Assembly (NCBI GenBank): GCA_016703065.1
Contig: JADJCU010000002.1
Location: 142,797 to 206,796, forward strand
Length of the DNA stretch: 64,000 nucleotides
From: a bacterium
GTDB lineage: Bacteria > Electryoneota > RPQS01
Direction of reading: 5' to 3'
The notes under the pieces are model-generated. The model worked only from the letters and a program-made list of their open reading frames with translations, did no database searches and was not told the DNA's origin. The translations under genes and the position numbers were made by a program. Each line of letters opens with the position of its first letter. Position 1 is the first letter of the stretch. Shown piece by piece: positions 31,200 through 39,567 of the stretch.

Positions 31200-34100
31200 A
31201 TGAAGCATGGGTCTCGGTTATTGCTGGCATTGCTGTTTCTGTGGGTCGCCTCGCTGCAGGCGGCGGAGTTTTCCCCGGCGCTGGACTACCAGCTCGACGA
31301 CGCGCAGTCAGGCGACTTCGTCAGCGCGCTGGTGATCTTGGAGAGTCCGGTAGATATTATGGCCCTTGACTTCCAACTTCACGCGCGCAAGGCGTCGCTG
31401 CTGGAACGTCATCAGGAGGTCATCGGCGCATTGAAGTACAACGCGGCGCAGACTCAGCCGGCCTTCCGGGCCGAGTTGGATCAGGCCACGCGCGCGGGAC
31501 TGGTTCGCGGTTATACGGCCTACTGGATTGAGAATTTGTTCGTCGTATACGCCTCGAAAGACTATCTTGAGACACTTCGCGATCGTGGCGATATCAAGGC
31601 GGTTACCGAGAATTTCCGCGCCGAGTTGATCGAGCCGATTCTGTCGGAAGACCGCGGCCCGGTGCGCGACCATTTGGATATTGAGACCACGACTCCGGGT
31701 CAAGATGCGATTCGCGCGACAGAAGTGAATCGCGTGCTCGGTATCACAGGAAACGGCGTCCTGGTGGCTAACTGCGACACCGGTGTTGACGGAGCTCACC
31801 CGGCACTTGCCTCGCGTTGGCGTGGTTTGACGGAACCTGCTTCTGAGTGCTGGCGCGATGCGCTGGGCGGCGGGACGACGTTCCCGTCGGACGGCAATGG
31901 TCACGGCACGCACGTTATGGGAACGATTACGGGCCGCGAGTTCAGCGGCGGGGACACCAACACGGTTGGTTCGGCTCCGAACGCTCGGTGGATCGCGACC
32001 AACTCGATCAATCAAGGCGTTAGCGGCGATTTTGACAATGATATCATTGCGGACTATCAGTGGTTCGCGGATCCGGACGGCAACCCAGGCTCGTTGGACG
32101 ATGTGCCGGACGTCATTCAGAATTCGTGGGGTGTGTTCACCGGTCTTGGCTATGCGCAGTGTTTCGACCTTTGGAACACGGTTATCACCAACTGCGAAGC
32201 AGCGGGCCCGGTGATCACCTGGTCGGCGGGTAATGAGAGCACGAGCGGCCTGCGCAGCCCGGCGATTTACTCGCTGAATGCCTATCAGATATTCTCGGTT
32301 GGCGCCGTGGACGCGACGAACTTCGGCGCGCCGTATCCGTTGGCCGGTTTCTCCAGTCAGGGTCCGACTCCGTGTACTCCGGCAAGCCCCGACAACATCA
32401 AGCCTGAGATCAGCGCCCCCGGTGTCAATGTGTACTCATCGATCCCCGGCGGCGGCTATAGCAGCGGTTATTCGGGAACGTCGATGGCCGGTCCGCACGT
32501 CGCGGGCGTTGTCGCGTTGATGCGTGAAGCCTGCCCGAATTGTGATCACATCACGATTAAAGATGCGATCATGTCGACTGCGATTGACTATGGCACGGCC
32601 GGTCAGGACAACCAGTACGGACACGGTTTCATCGACGCGTACGAGGCGGTTCTTGCCGTGTCGAACCTTGGCCGCGTTTGCGGTGTTGTTACGGATGTTT
32701 CGAGCAACCCGATTGCGGGCGCGCGCGTCAGCATCACGTCGGGTCCGAATTTCACGTTGACGGCGCCGGACGGTTCGTACTGTTTGCCGTTGGGTGAAGG
32801 CACGTACACTGTTGAGTGTTCCGCGTTTGGCTACATCACGCAGAGCGCGGCCGGCATCGTGATCGTTGAAGGCGACACGACGTCGCAGAACTTCACGCTT
32901 CCGCTTGCGGCTCAAGGCACCGTTTCGGGTATTGTGACGGATTGTTTTGGCAATCCAGCAGTTGGCGCGACGGTTGAGGTTTTGAACACGCCGGTACTAC
33001 CTGTGACCACGAACGGTTCGGGTTTCTACACGATAACGCTTCCGCAGGGGACGTACGATATGCGCGCATCGGGCGCGGGTTGTGCACCGCATGATGTGGC
33101 GGGAGTTGTGATCGGCGCGTCGGCGACGCAGCACTTCACGCTGTTGTCAGACCCGATCTACTCTTGCAGTGATCCTGACGCTTACGGATACTACGCTTGC
33201 GAAAACGGTGATACGGGCGGTCCGACCTATTCTTGGACGGAAATCGCACCTGACGCAGGTGGTCCGGGAACGGACACGGGTCAATCTTGCGACGACTGTG
33301 CGACCGGCCCGCTGGCGATGCCCTTCCCGTTCCAGTTTTACGGGACGGTCTACACGGACTATTACATTGGTTCTAATGGCATGGTCACGTTCGGCGCACC
33401 GTTTACAAGTTTCTCGAACCAGTGCCTGCCTAACGCGTTTGGTCCGGCAGGAATCTACCCATTCTGGGACGATTTGTACACGGCCTGCTCGACGGCTCAG
33501 CTTGCGACCTATTATGATGTCGCGGGTCACCGTTTGATCATCGAGTGGTACAACACGTGTCATTGCTGCGGCGAAGGCACGCTGGAGAACATTCAGGTTA
33601 TCATCTACGACGCCGCGTTCTATCCGACGGCTACGGGCGACAACGATTTCGCGGTTCAGTACGGTCCAGTGACGTCATTGGCCAGCAACACGGTCGGTAT
33701 TCAGTCCATCAATGGCGGCATCGCCCTGCAGTATGTTTGCGACGGCACGCTTGACGTTCACTCTCAGGGCGTGCAGGACGGCCGCGTGATCTATTTCACG
33801 ACGGGCCCAGGCTGTGACCTTGGTGATCCGAACATCACGGTGACTCCGGCGACGCTGGACGGCGCTGCACCTGAAGGCGGCACGGACACAGGCAGTATCG
33901 AAATCTGCAACACAGGTCTTTGCCCGCTGCGCTGGAACATCGGCTGGAATCAGACGACACCGACGCTTGCGCTCTCGAGCTATGTTCCGACTAACACAGT
34001 GGAGCTCACGAAGGAGCAGATTGAGTTGATCGACGCGATCAATCGCGGCGAGAAGCCGATCATCAACGTTGAGACTCGTGAAGGACATGCGCCGCTGGAC

Positions 34101-35105
34101 GCGCAGGGCGGACCGGACGCATTTGGCTACCGTTGGATCGACTCGGATGAGCCGGGCGGCCCAGTTTATGATTGGTTCGAGATCAACGCGATCGGCACCA
34201 ACACTGGGTTGTCTTTCGACGACGAAGTTACAAACGTAGGACTGCCTTTCACATTTGATTTGTACGGCGTTTCGTACAATTCCGTGAATATCTCGTCGAA
34301 TGGTAACATTCACTTCGGCGCGGCGAACGTATCCTACACGAACCAATCGCTGCCAGTCAACTTTGGCCCGTTTGCGATGATTGCGCCGTTCTGGGACGAC
34401 CTATATCTTCCGACTCAGGGCGAAGTCTACTACTACGACGACGCGGCAAACAATCGCTTCATCGTGGAGTGGGACGCGATTGCGCACATCGCCTCGCCGA
34501 CCGATATCTACACGTTCCAGGTTATTCTGTATCAGAACGGCCGCATCGTGCTGCAGTACGAAGACCTGCAAGGGAACGGCAGCTACGGCTTGACGTCCTG
34601 CACGGTGGGTTTGAACGACCAGGCCGGGACGGTTGGTCTTGAAGTGGTCTTTGACGCTGCGTATTTGCACAACAACATGGCTATTCAGCTTCAGGCCACG
34701 ACTGATTGGTTGACGATCACCCCGCCTCTGAACGGGGAGTTGGAAGCGGGTCAGTGCACGAACGTTGCAGTAACGTTTGAAGCGGGAGAACTTCCTGCCG
34801 GAACGTACACGGGCACGCTGGACATCTTGAGTAACGATCCGGACGGCTCACCGACTTCCGTCCCAGTGACGTTCGTCGTTGGCAGCTATCCTGCACCGCT
34901 GAACTTGACGATCATTTATCTTCCGTCGACGAACGAGCTGCGATTTGAGTGGATCGGAGTGGGTGCACCGACCTACACACTGTGGTCGGCTACGGATTCA
35001 GACGGACCGTATTCGACGCTTGTGACGACGACGTCAGGGACGACCGTTACGATCCCGAATCCGGGTATCAACCGGAACTTCTACATTGTGACCGCGTCGA
35101 ATTAA
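31200..35105 (+). CDS. Secreted S8 subtilisin-like serine protease, 1301 aa, with I9-like propeptide, CarboxypepD_reg-like repeats and two NIDO-like modules
   Basis: Catalytic triad contexts VANCDTGVD, HGTHVMGTI and SGTSMAGPHVAGVVALM. Signal peptide present. Repeats of the form G.V.D....PI.GA.V........T..DG.Y...L..G.Y. C-terminal FN3-like module ending FYIVTASN. No T9SS CTD. Confidence 0.9.
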   Translation: MKHGSRLLLALLFLWVASLQAAEFSPALDYQLDDAQSGDFVSALVILESPVDIMALDFQLHARKASLLERHQEVIGALKYNAAQTQPAFRAELDQATRAGLVRGYTAYWIENLFVVYASKDYLETLRDRGDIKAVTENFRAELIEPILSEDRGPVRDHLDIETTTPGQDAIRATEVNRVLGITGNGVLVANCDTGVDGAHPALASRWRGLTEPASECWRDALGGGTTFPSDGNGHGTHVMGTITGREFSGGDTNTVGSAPNARWIATNSINQGVSGDFDNDIIADYQWFADPDGNPGSLDDVPDVIQNSWGVFTGLGYAQCFDLWNTVITNCEAAGPVITWSAGNESTSGLRSPAIYSLNAYQIFSVGAVDATNFGAPYPLAGFSSQGPTPCTPASPDNIKPEISAPGVNVYSSIPGGGYSSGYSGTSMAGPHVAGVVALMREACPNCDHITIKDAIMSTAIDYGTAGQDNQYGHGFIDAYEAVLAVSNLGRVCGVVTDVSSNPIAGARVSITSGPNFTLTAPDGSYCLPLGEGTYTVECSAFGYITQSAAGIVIVEGDTTSQNFTLPLAAQGTVSGIVTDCFGNPAVGATVEVLNTPVLPVTTNGSGFYTITLPQGTYDMRASGAGCAPHDVAGVVIGASATQHFTLLSDPIYSCSDPDAYGYYACENGDTGGPTYSWTEIAPDAGGPGTDTGQSCDDCATGPLAMPFPFQFYGTVYTDYYIGSNGMVTFGAPFTSFSNQCLPNAFGPAGIYPFWDDLYTACSTAQLATYYDVAGHRLIIEWYNTCHCCGEGTLENIQVIIYDAAFYPTATGDNDFAVQYGPVTSLASNTVGIQSINGGIALQYVCDGTLDVHSQGVQDGRVIYFTTGPGCDLGDPNITVTPATLDGAAPEGGTDTGSIEICNTGLCPLRWNIGWNQTTPTLALSSYVPTNTVELTKEQIELIDAINRGEKPIINVETREGHAPLDAQGGPDAFGYRWIDSDEPGGPVYDWFEINAIGTNTGLSFDDEVTNVGLPFTFDLYGVSYNSVNISSNGNIHFGAANVSYTNQSLPVNFGPFAMIAPFWDDLYLPTQGEVYYYDDAANNRFIVEWDAIAHIASPTDIYTFQVILYQNGRIVLQYEDLQGNGSYGLTSCTVGLNDQAGTVGLEVVFDAAYLHNNMAIQLQATTDWLTITPPLNGELEAGQCTNVAVTFEAGELPAGTYTGTLDILSNDPDGSPTSVPVTFVVGSYPAPLNLTIIYLPSTNELRFEWIGVGAPTYTLWSATDSDGPYSTLVTTTSGTTVTIPNPGINRNFYIVTASN

Positions 35106-35127
35106 GGACTCGGAAGTTAGTGTAGTA

Positions 35128-35165
35128 CAGCCCCCGGGGAGGACCCCGGGGGCTGTTTTATTTTC
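35128..35165 (+). terminator. Rho-independent terminator
   Basis: CAGCCCCCGGGG-agga-CCCCGGGGGCTG followed by TTTTATTTT. Confidence 0.85.
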
Positions 35166-35385
35166 GGGCAGGGGGTGAAAAAGCGTTTGAAAATTGTTGT
35201 CTTCAGGCCTCAGGCCTCTCGCACGGACTAAATGAATCGGCTCTGTGATGAGATGAAGTCAATGGGATAGAGTAAGTTGTTCAGATATTGAGTTTGTGAG
35301 GACGGGGCTGCAAGCGGGCGGGGGTTTTGACGATGACAGGGCGATTCTTGAGGATTCAGGAAGTTTTTTCGGCGACGGTGAAGGC

Positions 35386-35414
35386 TTGAAACCTTGAGAT
35401 AATTCAGATATCAT
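35386..35414 (+). promoter_or_regulatory. Candidate sigma70 promoter of the second S8 protease gene
   Basis: TTGAAA-N17-TATCAT. The -10 lies inside a 22-nt motif that is also conserved upstream of the first S8 gene (31025-31046). Confidence 0.45.
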
Positions 35415-35477
35415 AGGACATTGTGGAAAGTCCACAAACACATCCATGCATGAGGGAATCGGGAAAGGTTGATTACG

Positions 35478-38400
35478 ATGAAGAAACAAGTTTATCTAGT
35501 CTTATTCGCGGTCTGTATGTTGGCAACGGGTGCAGGTGCAGCGGACTACTCGCCGGCCCTGGACGCCCAGTTAGCGGCGGCGCGGTCGGGCGAATTCGTG
35601 AGCGCAATCGTTATTCTTGAGAGTCCGATTGATATCATGAGTTTGGATTTTGAACTTCATGCGCGCAAGGCCTCGCTTGCCGAGCGGCACGGAGAGGTAA
35701 TTGGCGCACTGAAGTACAATGCGGAACAGACACAGCCGGCGTTTCGCGCGGAACTTGAACAGGCGCGATCCGTTGGCGCCGTGCGTGGACTCACGGCATA
35801 TTGGATTGAGAACCTGTTTGTCGTGAGTGCGACCAAGGAATTCCTGGAAACATTGCGGGATCGTGGTGATATCAAGTACGTCACGGACAACTTCCGCCCG
35901 GAGTTGATTGAACCGATTCGAACGGACGGTCGCGGTCCGGTGCGGGATCATCTGGACACAGAAACGACGACACCGGGGCAGGATGCCATACGCGCGACGG
36001 AAGTGAACCGGACGCTGGGCATCACGGGCAACGGAGTGCTTGTCGCAAATTGTGACACCGGTGTGGACAGGACACACCCGGCCTTGATGTCGCGTTGGCG
36101 TGGCAATACGGCGCCTGCAGCAGAGTGCTGGCGTGACGCAGCGGGATTTGGCGATGCTGCGCCCGCCGATTGGCATGGCCACGGGACGCACGTGATGGGC
36201 ACGATTTGTGGTCGGGCGATTTCGGGAGCCGATACGGTTACCGTGGGTTCGGCGCCGAACGCTCTGTGGATCGCGTCGAATTCAATCAATCAGGGAGTCG
36301 GTACTGAGTTTGACAACGACATCCTTGGCGACTACCAGTGGTTTGCGGATCCGGATGGCAATACGGGGACACTGGACGATGTTCCTGATGTGATTCAGAA
36401 CTCGTGGGGTGTATTTACGGGTTTGGGCTACGCGCAGTGCTTTGATTTGTGGAATACGGTGATTACGAACTGCGAAGCCGCAGGCCCCGTGGTCACGTGG
36501 TCGGCGGGCAACGAGAGTACGAGCGGTTTGAGGAGCCCGGCGATCTATTCGCTAAATGCCTATCAGATTTTCTCGGTGGGTGCAGTTGACGCGACTAACT
36601 CGGGTTGGCCTTATCCGTTGGCATGGTTCTCGAGTCAGGGTCCAACGCCATGCGCGCCTGCGGTCCCGGACAACTTCAAGCCTGAAATCAGCGCGCCGGG
36701 CGTCGACGTGTATTCGAGCATACCGGGCGGCGGCTATGACGGTACGTACAGCGGCACGTCGATGGCAGGTCCGCACGTGGCGGGCGTCGTGGCCTTGATG
36801 CGCGAAGCGTGTCCGGATTGCGACCACATTACGATCAAGGATGCGATCATCGCCACGGCGCGCGATCTCGGCGCGGTTGGTCAGGACAATGAATTCGGTC
36901 ATGGGTTCATTGATGCCTACGACGCAGTGCTTGCGGTGTCGACGATGGGCCGGATTTGCGGCGTCGTCACGGATGCATCGAGCGCACCGATTGCCGGCGC
37001 CCGTGTCGGCATTACGACGGGCAGCAACGCAGTCTTGACGGCCCCCGACGGTTCCTATTGCATCGCCTTGCCGGAAGATATCTATACACTTGAAGTCTCG
37101 GCGTTTGGATACATCTCGCAGAGTTTTTCCGGGCTAACGGTCGTCGAGGGTGACACGGTTTCTCAAGACGTCGTGCTTTCGCTTGCTCCGGTTGGCACTG
37201 TGTCGGGAACGGTAACGGATTGCAACGGCGGAGCGGCTGTTGGTGCCACGGTTGCGGTGTTAAACGTTCCGATTCCGCCTACGACGACGGATGGCGCAGG
37301 CTTCTACTCGATCACCCTGCCACAAGGCACATATGATATGCGGGCGAGCGGGGCAGGATGCGCTCCGCACGTGGCGAACGGCGTTGCTATCGGGGCAAGC
37401 ACAACTCAGGACTTCACGCTCCTGACCGATCCGCGTTATCTTTGTTCTGTTGCCGATCCATATGGTTACACGATGTGTGAAGACGTGGACACGGGCGGCG
37501 CGCCGTTCAACTGGCAGGCAATTACACCGTCGGAAGGCGGCTCCGGTATGTCGGTTGGTCTGATTTGCGGAGACTGCGCGACCGGGCCGATCGCATTTCC
37601 GTTTCCCGTGCAATTCTATGGCACGACCTACAACGATTTCTACATTACGACAAAGGGCTACATCACATTTGATTTCGAGACATTCGAATATCTCAGCGCA
37701 TGTTTCCCGGCAGACTGGATGCCAGCAGGGATGTATTGTTTCTGGGACGATCTGACCGGTGCGAATCCCGAGGCTGATATCGCGACGTATTATGACGCGA
37801 CAAACCACTGGTTCGTAATTTCGTGGCACAATGTTGGACACTTCTCAAGCTGGACCACTCTTGAGAGCTTCCAGATTATCATCTATGATCAGATCTTCTA
37901 CTCGAGCGCGACGGGCGACAACAATGTTCTGTTCCAATACCAGTTGGAATCTGATGGCGCGGGTATTACAACCGGTCTGAAGACGGCCTCCGGCGGGAAC
38001 TTTTCGCAGTATGACTGCGACGGCACTGCGGACGCGTCGAGTTTTGGCGTGGAGACGGGCCGCTCGGTATTTTTCTCGACGGGACCGGGCTGCGACTTGG
38101 GTGACCCGGTCCTGGCTTGGACCGCGAACAACTTGGATGGTGTTGCGCCATTGGGCGGGAGTGACGCAGGCTCCGTGCAGATTTGCAATTCCGGTCCCTG
38201 CCCGCTGCACTGGAGCGTGACTTGGGAACAGACCACGCCAGCCCTTGCGGCCACGCTTGCGATCCAGCCGACGGTGCGTGAGATGCCGCGATCACATCTT
38301 GAGCGCTTGGCCGCGCTGCGGCGCGGTGAACGTCCGGCCTCTGAGCCGGAAGCGGAGCGCGGTACGTCGCCGCTGGACGCACAGGGCGGACCTGACGAAT

Positions 38401-39380
38401 TCGGATATCGGTGGATTGATTCCGACGAGCCGGGCGGTCCGGTTTTCAACTGGCTGGATCTCGACGCAATCGGCACCAACACCGGAATGTCGCAGGACTT
38501 TGAGACGGTGGCATTGACGTTGCCTTGGACGTTCGAGTTCTACGGCGTGGGGTACAACACGATCAACGTTTCCACGAAGGGGAATGCGCACTTCGGCGCA
38601 CCGAACTTCGACTATTTTAACACGTCGTTGCCAAACGAATTTGCTCCACTTGCATTGCTCGCGCCGTTCTGGGATGATATCTATCTCCCGGCATCCGGTC
38701 AGGTCTTCTACTATGACGATGCGGCGAACAACCGATTCATCATTGAGTGGGACGACTGCGAGCACTATCCGGGAACGGGAGACAATTACAACTTCCAAAT
38801 CATTCTGTACAGCAACGGGCGCATCGTCTTCCAGTATGACGACATGGGGGTAGGCGCGATTGGTGTTGTCGAGGCAACTGTTGGTATCCAGAATGAATCA
38901 GGCACGGTGGGTCTGGAAGTAGTCTATAACGCGCCATATCTGCACAACGAAATGGCGATTGAGATTGCGGCGACTCCGACTTGGCTGACGGCTCTGCCTC
39001 CGTACAATGGGACTGTAGACCCGGGTCAGTGCGTGACGGTCGATTTTCTGTATGAAGCCGGAGACTTGCCGGCCGGTGTATACACCGGTGATCTAGTGTT
39101 CACGAGCAGTGATCCGACGCAGGCGTCGGTTGACCTTCCGGTTACGTTCAGTGTTGGAGCGTATCCTGCGCCGCAGGCGTTGACGATCACATATCTCGTC
39201 AGCACGAATGAACTGCGGTTCGACTGGGTCGGTGTCGGCGCTCCGAACTACAGTCTGTGGTCAGCGGCGGATTCTGACGGGCCGTATGTAACGTTAGTCG
39301 GCACAACACCGACCACGTCGCTGACTGTTCCGTACCCGGGAATCGGCAAGTTGTTCTACATCGTGACGGCCTCTAATTAG
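35478..39380 (+). CDS. Paralogous secreted S8 subtilisin-like serine protease (~1300 aa)
   Basis: Same architecture and triad contexts (VANCDTGVD, HGTHVMGTI, SGTSMAGPHVAGVVALM). ATG 35478 has GGAAAGG upstream and gives the signal peptide MKKQVYLVLFAVCMLATGAGA. Ends FYIVTASN. Confidence 0.9.
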   Translation: MKKQVYLVLFAVCMLATGAGAADYSPALDAQLAAARSGEFVSAIVILESPIDIMSLDFELHARKASLAERHGEVIGALKYNAEQTQPAFRAELEQARSVGAVRGLTAYWIENLFVVSATKEFLETLRDRGDIKYVTDNFRPELIEPIRTDGRGPVRDHLDTETTTPGQDAIRATEVNRTLGITGNGVLVANCDTGVDRTHPALMSRWRGNTAPAAECWRDAAGFGDAAPADWHGHGTHVMGTICGRAISGADTVTVGSAPNALWIASNSINQGVGTEFDNDILGDYQWFADPDGNTGTLDDVPDVIQNSWGVFTGLGYAQCFDLWNTVITNCEAAGPVVTWSAGNESTSGLRSPAIYSLNAYQIFSVGAVDATNSGWPYPLAWFSSQGPTPCAPAVPDNFKPEISAPGVDVYSSIPGGGYDGTYSGTSMAGPHVAGVVALMREACPDCDHITIKDAIIATARDLGAVGQDNEFGHGFIDAYDAVLAVSTMGRICGVVTDASSAPIAGARVGITTGSNAVLTAPDGSYCIALPEDIYTLEVSAFGYISQSFSGLTVVEGDTVSQDVVLSLAPVGTVSGTVTDCNGGAAVGATVAVLNVPIPPTTTDGAGFYSITLPQGTYDMRASGAGCAPHVANGVAIGASTTQDFTLLTDPRYLCSVADPYGYTMCEDVDTGGAPFNWQAITPSEGGSGMSVGLICGDCATGPIAFPFPVQFYGTTYNDFYITTKGYITFDFETFEYLSACFPADWMPAGMYCFWDDLTGANPEADIATYYDATNHWFVISWHNVGHFSSWTTLESFQIIIYDQIFYSSATGDNNVLFQYQLESDGAGITTGLKTASGGNFSQYDCDGTADASSFGVETGRSVFFSTGPGCDLGDPVLAWTANNLDGVAPLGGSDAGSVQICNSGPCPLHWSVTWEQTTPALAATLAIQPTVREMPRSHLERLAALRRGERPASEPEAERGTSPLDAQGGPDEFGYRWIDSDEPGGPVFNWLDLDAIGTNTGMSQDFETVALTLPWTFEFYGVGYNTINVSTKGNAHFGAPNFDYFNTSLPNEFAPLALLAPFWDDIYLPASGQVFYYDDAANNRFIIEWDDCEHYPGTGDNYNFQIILYSNGRIVFQYDDMGVGAIGVVEATVGIQNESGTVGLEVVYNAPYLHNEMAIEIAATPTWLTALPPYNGTVDPGQCVTVDFLYEAGDLPAGVYTGDLVFTSSDPTQASVDLPVTFSVGAYPAPQALTITYLVSTNELRFDWVGVGAPNYSLWSAADSDGPYVTLVGTTPTTSLTVPYPGIGKLFYIVTASN

Positions 39381-39453
39381 GCGCCGGAGCCGGAAGTGAC
39401 AAGCGGTTAACTTGAATAAGAGCCGCGAAATCAACGGGTAGGTATAAACAGGA

Positions 39454-39490
39454 ACAGCCTTCGGAACGAATCCGGAGGCTGTTTCTTTGT
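39454..39490 (+). terminator. Rho-independent terminator
   Basis: ACAGCCTTCGGA-acgaa-TCCGGAGGCTGT (one mismatch) followed by TTCTTTGTG. Confidence 0.65.
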
Positions 39491-39567
39491 GTCATTTGAG
39501 TTGCGAAACAAGGGGCTTCATGCGTACCTTGTTCCAGTAATGATGTTTCAAATCGAGAAAGGCTGAG

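Noticed and set aside
31200-39380. The tandem S8 genes as an assembly duplication artefact.
   Set aside because: The copies differ by many substitutions throughout, and strongly so in the C-terminal halves. They also have unrelated upstream regions and different terminators, so they are genuine paralogues.
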